From assembly GCA_963749495.1 (NCBI GenBank), contig CAVVMW010000006.1, forward strand, positions 768,001 through 832,000: DNA of 64,000 bases. Direction: 5' to 3'. This document shows positions 31,050 through 43,141 of this stretch, piece after piece. The translations under genes were made by a program, and so were the position numbers. The DNA comes from an uncultured bacterium (lineage in GTDB: Bacteria; Verrucomicrobiota; Verrucomicrobiia; Limisphaerales; UBA8199). The notes under the pieces were generated by a model. That model made no database searches. It was not told the DNA's origin and saw nothing but the letters and a program-made list of their open reading frames with translations. The number at the start of each line of letters is the position of its first letter. Position 1 is the first letter of the stretch.

Positions 31050-34000
31050 CTAGGCGACACCTCCCAGTTCCCGCCTCGTCTGTTGGTTTTTCTGCCCACC
31101 CAACATTTCAAACCATACAGGCCGGTCGTGATTGGAATCCGGAACAAGTTAGCTGAACTTGGATTTGGCAATACCCCCCTCGTAGGGGCTTCCGTTGCTG
31201 TTTGTGTTTTCGATGATGAATTTCATGAGGAGGGCGCTTTGCTGATCGGTCTCGGCTCCAAGCTCATCAAGGCCGTCACGGCGACTGGGATCGACGCCCA
31301 GAAAGATTGGAGGATGGGGGTTGACAAACTGCTCGACGGCTTGGGGCTCAATGCACAGAAGGACCTCAACCCCCGTGGAAATCGGTTCATGTTGACCTTC
31401 CTACCCGGTCTTGACGAAAGCGGGGATTTTAGAAGTGACAGAGCGGGTGAGATCATGGATGAGCTGCGGCAGCGGACCCACGCACGCTTGCCCATGTTTG
31501 GAGGAGTAGCATGCGGCGGCCTTAACTACGGCCAGGGCACGCTTTTCGAAGGGGACAACGTTTATTGTGGAGCCGCTGTCGCCGCCCTCGTGGATTGTGA
31601 CATTGCGTACGGCATCACCTTGGCGTTGGGCCTAGCTGAGACTAAAGAAGTCTTGCGAGTGAAGTCGGTCTCCGATGACGGGCACGCCATCACCGCCTTC
31701 TGGGACGGTGATCTCAAGACGGTCATGGGGCGCCTGCCTTCAGACTGCTTTTTCCGAGAAAGGCGCGATTATGGTGATTTTTTCGTTGTGCAGCCAAGCG
31801 TGCTGGAAGACCGTGTGCTGCTTAGGCGACCAGTGACGGAGCGGTCTGTTCTTCATGTCATGCGGCCAGACCCTAAGGGCCTGAGTGAGGTGGGCAGCAA
31901 GGCTATGAACCGCTTGATGCAGCGTGCCAGGCTTCGGCCCGGCCGAATAACGGGCCTGCTGGGCATTGGTTGCGTGGCCAGGTACCGCCTCCACAAATCC
32001 TCCGGCTTCAATATCAAATCGGAGGTTCAGCGGGTCAGAGATCTTTTTCCCGACGCAATTTTCGCCGGTTGCTACATGGGGGGGGAAATCGGCTTGGACT
32101 CGCTCGGCCGTTCTGTACTGGGCAATCAGAGTGTATCCCTCGCCCTCTTTGCGGACGATATCCGCAGCCGCTCTGAAATCTCGATTGGCTTCGATGTGCT
32201 GGCCAGTCACGCGAAATTAGCAGGGCTAGCCCACTCACTGGACATGGCGGTACAGCGGATTCTTCAAAGCGTGCAGGCCGCGGGTTATTCCGGGGCGATG
32301 CTTTCGTTGGTGCTGCAGGATGGGGATGCGCGGTGGATCGTAGCGCGCCACGCCTTGGGAGAGGCTTGGCAAAAGAAGGTTTTGCCGCTGACTCGCCGGA
32401 AGTTGCCGGGATATGACATACTCGCGCTTGTCGCCGAACAAGGTGTCCCGCGTTTTGTTGCCGACTCCCGCAGGCCCGACGAGCAGTGTGATCTTAAAGC
32501 CGTAGAACAGGGAGCGATTCTTAGCCAGTACATTATTCCGCTTCATAACGGCAAGACCCAAACGCTTGGCCTTCTCCAGGTGGACCTAGGCGACATGCGG
32601 GACACGGCGAAACTGGGGGAAGAGCAGAAGACATTCCTCGACGCTCTGGGGGACATGGCTGCCAACCTACTTGCACGTGTCATTCACACGGAAGAGTTGG
32701 ACATTTCGCGCCAACTCGATCATGTTTTGGTAGAGTGCCTGGAATCCGACACACACGAGCAGGCCGCGGTTCGATTCATCCAGGCGGCAGCCCTTATTTT
32801 GAGGGCGGATGGGCATGTTCGGCTCCGTGAACCCGGCACCACTCAGTTGCGGCTGGTCGGCGGTGTCGGCCAATACTTCGATGTAGCGGCAAAAGAACGT
32901 GTCACAATCGATTTGAACGACCGTTCCCCATCCACCAACGCGGTTCGGCTGAACAAGATGGTTCTGTGCAATGACGCCGAAAACGAAGAAGACGCTGCTC
33001 TCATGCGCGAGAGATTCAAGGACGGTCCCCTCGGTGAAGCTTGCCGACAAATTAAGTCCTTCGCCAACTTCCCTATTGGGCTGACGGGGGACGAAGCCAG
33101 AGGCATGATAAATTTTTGTTCCGATGAGAAGTGGTTTTTCACGCAGTCTAAACTCCGGTCAATTCAGAATATCGGCGAGCGGTTAGCCTTGCTGCTCGAC
33201 CATATCGAACGCAAGGAGGTGGAAAGGCGAAGTCGATCGGAAAAAGATTTTCTTCTCGACATTACACCTCGGATGCAAGAACGTCTCGATCTGCACGCCG
33301 CTCTCAGGGAACAAGTTGACAGAATCAGGCGAGCATCCAATGCTAACGTCGTCTCGTGTTTCCTTTGGGATGAGGATTTGCAGCGTTATATTCTGAGGGC
33401 GGAAGAAGGATGGCACGATAAACGATGGCTCGATGCGGCTTGGTATGAAAAGGGCAAGGGCATGACCGGCAGTTTAGCCACAACTTTTGAGCCGCGCTAC
33501 ATCCCAGACCTAGTAGAATTCAAGAAGCAGATTCACGAAGGGCCCGGAAAGTACATCACGGAGGTATTTGGCCGGGAGCTGACCGCGAGCGAAACTTGCG
33601 AGGTTATTGCCCTGCCACTTAACTTCCGTGGCCGGTCCCTTGGCATCGTCACGTTGTTCCGTAGAAGATTATTGACCTTCTCCACCCAACCGCCCGGATT
33701 TACGACCGTGATTCCGGCTATTCTGAAAGAAGCGGCGGAGAAATTCTCGGCCTATGTGTACGCACTGGTAGAGCACGAAAACGCTCAGGCAGTAAGTATC
33801 GAGTCTCAACGGCTCAATGAGGTTGACGCCTTGCTGCTTGTCGAACTCCCACTCCGCGACAAGCTGTCAAATGCCATGACTTGTATCGCGAAACAGTACT
33901 CTGCTGTGTGCTGTTCGACCTACGCTATCGACCGGGCGCAGTGTCCACCTGTGCGCGAACGCTTGGCGTTCGCCGGGGCCCTCGATGGATCCGTTCCGTG

Positions 34001-34994
34001 TCTTCAGGAAGGAGGATTACGCGCGCTCCAGCAAATTCTTTATGCCCAATCATCCTCAATACTGCGACGCCCTGTAACGCCCGATCAGAAGAACCCAGAA
34101 GCAGTTAAACTGGACAAGGGCGTGCAGCGAATCTGCATTCCGATCAAATTCGGCAAGGAAACACTGGGCGTACTGGACGTCTGCTGGAATGACAGACTGC
34201 CAGCGGCTCATGTCCGGCTCAAGCCCTTCGAGGATTTGGCCGAGCGCATTGCCACGTGCATCCGTGCTCATCAGTTCCGCCGGGAGCGTGAAGTCTCACT
34301 GGCTGCCGCGAAACGGTCGGAACGGGCGTTAGATGGCTTGGCGCTGGCCCTTCGCAAAAGCTTTCACGACATATCGAAATGCGCGTTGAATGTCCAGGCC
34401 CCTTTGACCCGTCTCGAGCGGCGCAACGCCACAGCGGAGGAACAGGAGATAATTCGCTCATGTCGGAAGGCGGGCAGAACTCTCAAGCATATTCTCCAAA
34501 GGGCTCGAGATGTCGGTAAGCGGCTTGCCAAGCCTAAGAGGGATTGGTGCCAGATTGAAACATTATTGCACGAAGCCTTAGGTAAGCATCTCAAGGAGGC
34601 TAAAAAGGCTAACGTCCATATTGATTGCATCCCGCGTGACACGCGAGCCTGGGTCAACGCGTCTCAAATCATGGAAGCGTTTGAGAACGTCATCGAAAAC
34701 GCGATAGAAGCAATGCCAGCCGGTGGCCGCCTAACTGCTTGCCTGCGGGTTGCAGGAGAACAATGCGAGGTCCTATTTTCAGATACCGGAAAAGGCATGG
34801 AACAATGCGACATCGACTTGCTAATGGGGCAATTCACAGATGAAAGCAGATCGGCCGGCGGCATCGGAATGGGGCTTTTCCTGACGCGGCTGGACCTGTG
34901 AAAGCCACGGCGGTAGTCTTAAAGTGGTCTCGAGTCCCGAACAAGGGACGACAGTCACTGTGTCCTTTCCACTCCAGGAATATCAGGATGTGCT

Positions 34995-36200
34995 ATGAAA
35001 ACGAAACCAAAAATGCTGATTGTCGAAAACGAAAAGCAACCGCGCGAAAACTTACGAGAGCTTTTCCTAGATCCGCCTTCTGACTTTGTTGCCGCATACG
35101 GAGTTGGTGGATTTGATGTGGAGACTGCCTCGACCGGTAGAGACGCTGTTCGTCTTCTTAAGGATGCCGCGCAATCCATGGAGCCGTACTATGTGATGCT
35201 CTTAGACCTGGGCTTGCCAGCTAAAACTGGAGGCAAGGAGAGGCATCAGGTCGGACTGGGACTTTTGCGGAAGCTTGACAGGCATGCGTGCCTCACTGTG
35301 GTTATCGTCTCTATCCACGACGAAATTCCCACGTTTAACGCGCTCCTGGAGGCCGGAGTTGCACACTTCGTGAGCAAGCCATACGAGGAGGAAGAAGTAT
35401 TCCGAGCGGTGGCCAGTGCCGCGCGGGACGCCCAGGAGCGGCTTCGGCATCGGTGGGAGGCTTTTAAGGGTGAGCATCAGAAATGGCGTGGAGTGCTGGA
35501 TTGCGCTCTGGTCGCTGACCGCATGGCGCTCGTGGTGACGGAAGGAACTGCTCTGGTGTTGGATGGGGTGGATGGTCTCGCTCGTCAGCTCCAACGACGA
35601 TATCAATTGGACGCTCAATTGGATCGCAACGACCCGGTTTGTCAATCGGTGGAGAGCCTGCGTCAGGCAGCCCTTGCAGTATCTACGGATTGTGCTCAAG
35701 CGCGGGAAGTGTACCACCCGATCTCAGGACCGATGGAATGCATCCGGCTGGATGAGTTGATGGGATCGGTTGTGGACAGCTTCTGGGATGGGTTGATCGC
35801 GCACAGCCTGACAGTGGAGGTTCATCGGGCCGAGGGCGAGACGGTGCATACCTTCCCTCAAGGCCTGGGATTTGTCTTCAGGGAACTTCTCTTTCACGCG
35901 GTGGAGACATCGCCTGACGGCTCCACATTGAGGATGGATCTAACACGGGGCCCGGACGGTACGACTTGGGAGTTTCGCTTGTCGGACAATGCCGCGCCAT
36001 TGGACGAGACCACTCGTCGGCTGATTGAAGGGGGTGAGCCGTTTGGCCGGGATCAATCTCGGTACCACGGCCTTTGCTTGGCTCAGCGGGCAGCCGAAAA
36101 CATTGGTGCGAAGCTTCTTGTTCAACCGGGCAAGGCCGGCAACACCTTCAACATCCGCATCCCAATCACAGCGCATGACCAGATTGCTCATCGTAGATGA
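34995..36200 (+). CDS. response regulator receiver fused to degenerate HATPase domain
   Basis: LIVENE, LLDLGLP, VSKP; C-terminal RELLFHAVE, DNAAPL, HGLCLA, GNTF. Confidence 0.8.
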   Translation: MKTKPKMLIVENEKQPRENLRELFLDPPSDFVAAYGVGGFDVETASTGRDAVRLLKDAAQSMEPYYVMLLDLGLPAKTGGKERHQVGLGLLRKLDRHACLTVVIVSIHDEIPTFNALLEAGVAHFVSKPYEEEEVFRAVASAARDAQERLRHRWEAFKGEHQKWRGVLDCALVADRMALVVTEGTALVLDGVDGLARQLQRRYQLDAQLDRNDPVCQSVESLRQAALAVSTDCAQAREVYHPISGPMECIRLDELMGSVVDSFWDGLIAHSLTVEVHRAEGETVHTFPQGLGFVFRELLFHAVETSPDGSTLRMDLTRGPDGTTWEFRLSDNAAPLDETTRRLIEGGEPFGRDQSRYHGLCLAQRAAENIGAKLLVQPGKAGNTFNIRIPITAHDQIAHRR

Positions 36201-37572
36201 TAATGCGCGCGACCAAGAGCGCATCAGAACGTTCCTCCAAAGCAGGGAGTTCGAAGTCCTTTCCGTGGCTGATGCCATCGAGGCCTTGCGATTGCTCGAA
36301 TCGTCCTCGCCGCCGATCCAATTGGTAGTTCTTTTGTGGGAACTGCCAGGCGAGCCGGGAGGCGCAGAACTGCTTACGACAGTACGGCGCAGCCATCCCG
36401 AGGTTCCTGCGCTGGTGGTCAGCGGTCTGCTGGATTTATCTCGCGCTGTCGGAGCTCGAGCTCTGGGAGCCCGGGACTTTCTTTTAAAGCCATTGCAGCG
36501 CGAACGCTTGGTCGCAGCCGTTGAAGCGGCGGTATTGCCCGAAAAGGACCCGGGCTCCTACGCCAACTCAATCAGACGATCAAGGGCCAATCCTCCTCGC
36601 TACGCGCTGCGCTTGCCACTTTGGCACGCATCATTTCCCAGTCGGAGGAAAATGTTCTGCTAGTAGGCGAGAGTGGGACGGGCAAGGAACTGGTTGCGAA
36701 GGCTATTCACGATTTGGGTGACCGACGCCACCAACCATGGGTCCCTGTCAATATGGCTGCCATCCAGCCTACCTTGCTGGAAAGCCAGCTTTTCGGCCAC
36801 GAAAAGGGAGCCTTCACCGATGCCAAAAGGGATCACGTAGGTTATTTCGAAGAGGTTGGGGCTGGGGTGCTCTTTCTGGACGAGATCGGTGAACTGGATT
36901 TGGCGATCCAAGCTAAGCTTCTCCGCGCCATTGAGGCCCGGGCTTTTCGCAGGGTCGGAGGCGGCCAAGATCGGGCGTTTCGTGGCCGTGTGGTGTGCGC
37001 AACCAATCGTAACCTGGCCGAGGAGGTTAAGGCAGGGCATTTCCGTGCCGACCTTTATTTCAGAATTGCGACGCACGAGGTGCACCTACCCCCTCTGCGC
37101 CAGCGGGGAGAAGACGCTAGGCTGTTGGCCGAGGACTTCCTCCAAAGGCGCCCAGAGAGCAAGCACAAGAAGTTGGCGCCGGAAACCAAGGCCATCTTGG
37201 CTGCGTACCAATTTCCGGGCAATGTGCGCGAGCTTGAGGATCTTCTGCAGCACGCCCTTGTCAATTGCGACGGCGAGGAAATTCTCCCTTATCACCTGCC
37301 AATCCAAAGCATGCAGGACCGTCAGATTCGTGAGACTAGCACTGCGGCTCTGGATACGTTGGCCTGGCCGCAGGGTCTGTTCGTGATGGAGCAACGTGAC
37401 GCTATGAAGATGATTGAAGACGCCTTCAACAGAACCTACCTCGTCCGTAGGTTGGAGGAAAGCCGGCCACAAGATCGAGCGCGCCGCAAGGGCTTCAGGG
37501 TGGAAGGACGACAAGAGCTTCCGCCAGAAATGGGAGCAAGCCGGGCTGCCTCCTCTCTCTAACCGCAAGTGA
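36175..37572 (+). CDS. sigma54-dependent transcriptional activator (NtrC-like; frameshifts near 36550 and 37465)
   Basis: GESGTGKE, LFGHEKGAFTDA, FLDEIGE, FRADLYFR, FPGNVREL; receiver has VVLLW in place of the phospho-Asp. Confidence 0.85.
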
Positions 37573-37578
37573 GGTCCG

Positions 37579-39447
37579 ATGCCTACTTCTCCTCCGTATA
37601 AGGTGGTGATTTGTGACCCGTGTTCTGAGCGGGTACGGTGGCTCGAAACGCTGTTGACCAACCACCATGCCACGCGCCTCGAAAGGATCGAGAACTGGGA
37701 AGAGTTGCGTCGCCTCGTGCGAAATCAAACGCCCCCAGGATCAATCGATCTCGTGATAATGGGTCAGCCGTCGCCCGGCGAAGCTCCCCCGCTGCCAGAA
37801 CGAGTGATATTAACACTGCCGGAACTCAGCCAGACCGCGCACGTGATCGCCTTCGCAGACAACTCGCAGCTATTCGACGCAACGAGTCGGCGCCGCCGTG
37901 GCCTCCACGTGCTCGATCAGGTTACAGTTCACGATTGGCACGTGGACGAAAACAGACTAACTGGCATTTTGACAGACTGCCTGGTGCCGCAGCAGCCCTT
38001 ACCTCGGGTCATCTTGCCTGCGCCGCGTGACCTGATCCTTGACGAGATGATCAGCTCACTCGCTGAGGACGGGAGCCTTGAGCGGGGCAAGACCGTCCTT
38101 GCTCTTGTGAGTCGGGACCTTTGGCCATGCCATTCGGTGCAGGTAAAGCGGATGGCCCAGGGTGTTTCCGGAGCCAGACTGTTTCGAGTGGACATCAGCC
38201 CGGCAGCACGGTTGGGGGGCTTCGCTCTGAAGCTGGTTTGCGCGAAGGAGAAATGGAAAATCGAGAGTGAGATATGCAACTGGAGTAAGATAGAACCGGT
38301 TTTCACGCACTTTGGCCTGCAACGTGGTGTCCCGGCGATTCAGGTTCCGCTAATTCCGCTGGCGGACCAACCGCTTCTTGTCAACGAGGCTGGGTGGTAC
38401 TCTGTCGCGTACCAATTGCTTGGCGGCCCGGCGGGCGAATTCCTGAGTTTGGAGGACGCTTACCGGCTTAGTGCCGCAGAATTGGCGTTGCGTGCAGCCG
38501 GAAGAAAATCTGAAGCTCATGCGAGTTCCTTGGGTGAATTCACGATTACTCAGGTCCTGGCTCGTCTCAGGAAAGCCTGGTATGATCAGGCAGCTCCCTA
38601 CCCAGGTCCTGACGCCTATCCGACCCTTTGGAGCGCGACTGATGGAATCTGTGGACGGGTGCTCACGCCTCCTCCGTATCAGTTAACGTCGAAACAGAAG
38701 GCGAATCTGCTGGCATCCCTCGAGTCTCTGGACCGGCTCGGAAAACGTTTGTTGCCTATAAGGTGGGATTCCGATCGTCGCGGGGTCGCCTCTTGGCTTA
38801 GCAGCGGTCCGCCTGCCGGGAGTCGCGTACTCCAGTCGAAACCCTGGCTCGTTTCTCCCGTTCACGGTGATTTGAATAGCAATAACGTTCTTTTATGGCT
38901 GGACGAAGCGCAGCCGTTCCTTATTGATTTTGCGTGCTTCCAAGAGCGCGGGCACATGTTGCAGGATTTCGCCCGCCTCGAAATCGAGGTGAAGTATGCT
39001 TTAATGGATCGCCAGGAGGATGCACCGGCAGCGTTTGACTTGGACCCAGGTCGGCTTGATCTTTGGCTGCGACTAGAGGATGCATTGCTCGCTCCCGGCT
39101 GGGAATCAGACCTGCGACTGGCTGTGAATTGGGCCGGGACGTCCATCCAACATGCGGTTGGTCCTGTGAAATTGATACGCTTCCAGGCGAAAGAGATTTG
39201 GGATCTCCGTAGTGCTCGCCTGGATACCGATCCTGGCTTCTGGTGTGAGTATGCTGCCGCTCTCCTTTATCACACGTTGAGGGCAATCGGGTACGACTCG
39301 CTGTCGCCGTTTAAGCGGCTGCTCGCCGTGGCCAGCGAGCTCACGATTAATCAGCTATGTCAGTGCCGCCCCAGCACCATGATTGTGTCCGTTGCTGCGC
39401 ATTTGCCCAGGCAATCCAGGCCCTCCCCCGTGAGCATGGCCAGATAG
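37579..39447 (+). CDS. receiver-like domain + APH/protein-kinase-like phosphotransferase (TCAD9-like)
   Basis: QGVSGA loop, ALK, HGDLNSNN, LIDF, DFARLE. Confidence 0.75.
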   Translation: MPTSPPYKVVICDPCSERVRWLETLLTNHHATRLERIENWEELRRLVRNQTPPGSIDLVIMGQPSPGEAPPLPERVILTLPELSQTAHVIAFADNSQLFDATSRRRRGLHVLDQVTVHDWHVDENRLTGILTDCLVPQQPLPRVILPAPRDLILDEMISSLAEDGSLERGKTVLALVSRDLWPCHSVQVKRMAQGVSGARLFRVDISPAARLGGFALKLVCAKEKWKIESEICNWSKIEPVFTHFGLQRGVPAIQVPLIPLADQPLLVNEAGWYSVAYQLLGGPAGEFLSLEDAYRLSAAELALRAAGRKSEAHASSLGEFTITQVLARLRKAWYDQAAPYPGPDAYPTLWSATDGICGRVLTPPPYQLTSKQKANLLASLESLDRLGKRLLPIRWDSDRRGVASWLSSGPPAGSRVLQSKPWLVSPVHGDLNSNNVLLWLDEAQPFLIDFACFQERGHMLQDFARLEIEVKYALMDRQEDAPAAFDLDPGRLDLWLRLEDALLAPGWESDLRLAVNWAGTSIQHAVGPVKLIRFQAKEIWDLRSARLDTDPGFWCEYAAALLYHTLRAIGYDSLSPFKRLLAVASELTINQLCQCRPSTMIVSVAAHLPRQSRPSPVSMAR

Positions 39448-39742
39448 AAGAAAACGCCAGGTGCTGGGAGGCGCTCACTGCCTCCCTGTATATGAAATAC
39501 TCGAAGGAACTTGGCCTCGGTTTACGCCGTGCGCCTTCCGCTGCCATGAAATCCCTTCCCATGCCAGCACTCACCAACGCCGCCGTCTACGCTCTCTTTC
39601 TCGATTAATCACCCAGCACAAGTGGTTTCGTAAAGGGGTGGTGATAGGAGGAACGGTGGCATTGATTTTGTTAATTTGCCTCGCCCCAAAGAGAAAGGCG
39701 CAACACCCCCGAAGAGCATCGTGCCTTTCAAAATCAAGAACT

Positions 39743-40213
39743 CTACAGCTTCGACCTCCCCGCCTTCCTCGCCTTGGCCCATCTCGCCTTCATCGCTTCT
39801 GAGAGTGCCTTCCTGTGGGCAGCACTTCTCTCCCTCTTGGGCTTCTCGGCCGGCCGCTCGGGTTCTGCCACTGCCTTCGCGCCCTTCTCCGCCATCCTCT
39901 TCGCCGCCCACCTCGCCTTCTGAGCAGCAATGATGTTCGCACGACCCTCTGGACTGAGCTTCCGCCGCTTCTCCCTCCTCCCATTCTTCGCCGGTTTTGC
40001 TGTCGTGGCCAGTTCAGGAGCAGTCTCGATCCTGGCCATCCTCTTCCGCCTCTTCCGCCTTCCATTCCTCGGCTTCACAGGTGCTTCAGTGGCGGCAGGA
40101 GCAGGGACTTCGCTGCCCAGGATTTGATTGAGTTCGTCCTGCAGTCCCAAGATCTGCTCCTGGAGATCGGCTGCATTCCGGAGTTGTTGGGGTGTCAAAT
40201 TGCTGATGTTCAT
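39743..40213 (-). CDS. basic H-NS-like nucleoid-associated protein
   Basis: Coiled-coil N-terminus (LRNAADLQEQILGLQDEL) and two S..R..I/L..A.KARWA repeats. Confidence 0.6.
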   Translation of the reverse strand: MNISNLTPQQLRNAADLQEQILGLQDELNQILGSEVPAPAATEAPVKPRNGRRKRRKRMARIETAPELATTAKPAKNGRREKRRKLSPEGRANIIAAQKARWAAKRMAEKGAKAVAEPERPAEKPKRERSAAHRKALSEAMKARWAKARKAGRSKL

Positions 40214-40228
40214 ACGGTAGGCTTGGGG

Positions 40229-40516
40229 TTACTTGGTGCCCAGGATCGCGTCTTTGGCTGCCTTGGCGACACGGAACTTCACGACTCGCTTGGCAGGGAT
40301 CTTGATGGATTCGCCCGTTGCAGGATTCCGACCCATCCGAGCCTTGCGATTCACCAGGACCAGCTTGCCCAGTCCAGGAATGGTGAACTTGTTCCTGGCA
40401 TTCTTGTAGGCCAGGGCCACCAGAGCTTCCAGCGTTTCGGTGGCTTGTTTTTTGGTGACTCCGACCGTTTCAGCCAGAGATGTTGTGACCTGAGATTTGG
40501 TTAATGGTTTTGCCAT
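40229..40516 (-). CDS. hup: HU-family DNA-binding protein
   Basis: IPGLGKL..RKARMGRNPATGESIKIPAKRVVKF. Confidence 0.95.
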   Translation of the reverse strand: MAKPLTKSQVTTSLAETVGVTKKQATETLEALVALAYKNARNKFTIPGLGKLVLVNRKARMGRNPATGESIKIPAKRVVKFRVAKAAKDAILGTK

Positions 40517-40779
40517 ATATGCGCGCAATGTGGCTGGAATCGTTGGAAAGTCAAGCGTCTCGTGCAAATCTGGGTTGAAGTGGATCAGACGAAGCCCCAA
40601 CCTTGTCCTGAATGTGAAACGCGGGCTGTCGTTTCGTGTTGGGTGCCTGGTTGAGTTGGCTTTGGTCGTTCTTGCCGTGCTCTTGGGCTGGACAACCTCG
40701 CCGAAGTGAGCCAGACTCGTCGCCAGTCGAAAGAATGCCCTGCACCATGGAACGAAACAACACAACCGCCGAGAGCTGA

Positions 40780-41106
40780 ATGAAGAAGAAGCTGATTCCC
40801 GATGACGTGAAACAGGAGGCATTACGGACCATTGCCTGGTTCAACAAGACCAGGCTCCAAGGCACGGATTGCGCATTTGCCACCAGATTCCAGGGGAAGT
40901 TCCTCTACTTGGACCGTGAGGAGTTTGGCCAGGTTCAGCCGATCTGCCGCTTGGAGTACCTTGGTGGCAAAAAGGGTTGGGCTTTCGCCATTTACAAATA
41001 CAGCACAAGTCGATACGACCCCGAGGAGTGGTTGTTTCCTGGCTCTGAACTGGTCAATGGAACGATAATGGGTGCGATGAAGGCCAGCATGAGGGCGTAC
41101 CAGTGA
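40780..41106 (+). CDS. hypothetical protein
   Basis: ICRLEY..WAFAIYKYS..YDPEEW.FPG. Confidence 0.7.
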   Translation: MKKKLIPDDVKQEALRTIAWFNKTRLQGTDCAFATRFQGKFLYLDREEFGQVQPICRLEYLGGKKGWAFAIYKYSTSRYDPEEWLFPGSELVNGTIMGAMKASMRAYQ

Positions 41107-41135
41107 AGGGGCTAACGGAGGTTGCTCCAAGACGA

Positions 41136-41994
41136 TTATGGGCTTTTCCGGCGTTCTCTCGGCCATCGCTTACGCAAGAAATCAATCGCTCTCGGTGTCT
41201 GCATCCAATACTTCCCCTGCCGCTTCCAATACCAATAAGCCTGGTCCTGACCACCCAAGGTGACATAACGCTCGTTGGTTCCCTTGGGTTTCCTGTGCCT
41301 GGTTCTGAGAAGTTCAGTGGCGACCAATGGCCAGTACTTGATGGCCAGGTTCAACACCCTGCCGGCCTCTTCCACCCTGCCCAATTGAAATAGCGCCAGA
41401 GGACGGCCATATACCAAATCCGGCAGACCATCCCCCTTGTATTGTCTGCACACCGACAGCACCCCTTCCGGTTCATTCAGGGCAAAATTGCATTCCACCA
41501 CCAAGCCGCGAGCGCCCTGGTTATCATTCGGATTCAAGGTCAGAATATTCTCGAAAACTTCCAGCGCGTCTTCGATCTGGCCCCTCTCCAGGAGCTGCAG
41601 TCCAAGTGAATGATACAGGCGAAGGAAGGGCCTATTCGTGACCCAACCCCATTCCAGTCGATCTTGCTCCATCGAGAAGTGCGGCGGGAAGAACTGCATC
41701 GCCATCGCCACGCCCTCTTTGCGGATCTGAAACGCTTCCTCCGTCCTGCCCATCTTCTCCAAGGTCAACGCCAGGTGATGATAGGCGTCGATGTGCTCAG
41801 GATACTCACAGGCCAAATCCCGAAAGATGATTGCCGCACGGTTGGGGTTCGCGTCAATCCAGTTCGATTCCCTCCTCCAACCGGTCATCAACCTCCTCGG
41901 TGACGCGTGGCAGTCTCAGGGTCCACTCGTGCTTTTCGATCTGCTGCACGATAATGATCGGCCCGGGCTGTGACGGTTCGGCTGTTCTTCGCAT
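41136..41994 (-). CDS. tetratricopeptide repeat protein (frameshift near 41862)
   Basis: HIDAY, W..NRPFLR, LNPNDNQGAR; upstream frame from ATG 41994. Confidence 0.75.
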
Positions 41995-42192
41995 GCCTCT
42001 GAGATAACCCTGCTGAGAGGGGGGTGTCAACCGCAGTGCTGAGAACTCCTTGGCCTGGCCTGCTGAAAGACCTCGAAATGTGGGATAATTGAAGGGTACC
42101 AGGATCGGCCCTCAAGAGCCAATCCCCACCCCGCCCGCTCTCCTTTGGATGCAGCGGGCCTTTTCGTTTCAACCCCTTCACCCCAAAAGATT

Positions 42193-42870
42193 ATGTCCCC
42201 AAGATCCGCGTGGTTATTGCAGCAAGAAATTGTCCCTCGTCTCAAAAGCGCCGTCCCTCAAACCGTCCCCTTCATCGGTTCAGAGGATGCGGAGGAGTTG
42301 GTCCAGGATTCAATCGCCATGGCAGTAAAACTCCTGCACAACGTCGACAAGGCCTGCAAAAAGGTGACCCCAGGAAACATCGCCTACTACACCATCCAGC
42401 ACATGAAGTCCGGCAGAAGGTCAACCGGTTCGAGTGTGTCGGATGTCATGGCCACAGCAACTCAACTGAACGGCCGCACCAGGTTGACCAGTCTCGAAGA
42501 AGTCGCCAGCACCATCGAGGAAGCCGGTGAGGAAATCTTTTTGTTTCACGACGTTTTGAGCAACGATTCCGAAGACCCGAGCACCCGAGCAGCCAGGAAG
42601 ATGGATTGGCAGGAATTCGTCGCTGCATTGCCTGACCGAGAGCGCAAGATGGTAGAGTTTGTGGCCGAAGGAAGGTCGCTCAGAAACGCTGCTCGTGCCT
42701 TCAAATGCAGCAGTTCGGCCGTCCAGAGCAGCAAACGGGACCTGGCGCTGAAAATCCTGGACTTCATGGGCCCTGACATCCTGGTTGAGGTCCGCCGTTT
42801 GCCTCGATGGAAACAAGACATCCAGACGGCGAGGGAGAAGATGGCCTGCCGAACTGAACGCCGGCATTGA
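42193..42870 (+). CDS. sigma70/ECF-like factor
   Basis: DAEELVQD (region 2), LPDRERKMV..GRSLRNAAR (region 4). Confidence 0.7.
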   Translation: MSPRSAWLLQQEIVPRLKSAVPQTVPFIGSEDAEELVQDSIAMAVKLLHNVDKACKKVTPGNIAYYTIQHMKSGRRSTGSSVSDVMATATQLNGRTRLTSLEEVASTIEEAGEEIFLFHDVLSNDSEDPSTRAARKMDWQEFVAALPDRERKMVEFVAEGRSLRNAARAFKCSSSAVQSSKRDLALKILDFMGPDILVEVRRLPRWKQDIQTAREKMACRTERRH

Positions 42871-43141
42871 TCTCCCTTCGTGCATTTGCACCTTCCACTT
42901 CACACCTCTCCTGATTCTTGGAATTGGGAGGGGTTTGGGGTGCAACCTCTAAACATCATCCCCACTCCCTACACCTGCTGTTTCATAGTCCTGCCCAATC
43001 GCCGGGTGGAACTATGGCAGCGGGTGTAGGGGGTGGGGATGAGGACCATACGCACGTCCTGTCGTTCAGCTATGAGGTCGTGGCGTGGATGATGGGCTGC
43101 CGGTTATTGGCATTGCGCGGGCGATGGCCCTTAAATGTGGA

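Larger units (their letters stand above)
28826..34998 (+). pseudogene. FIST-GAF(n)-histidine kinase interrupted by IS1380-like element
   Basis: Rejoined ..RQCIEAL-GDTSQFPPRLLVFL; FIST (PMFGG, CVAR, GCYMGGEIG), several GAFs, SFHD, ENVIENAIEAM, DTGKGM, GIGMGL; extra base near 34892 hides CESHGG.. Confidence 0.85.
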
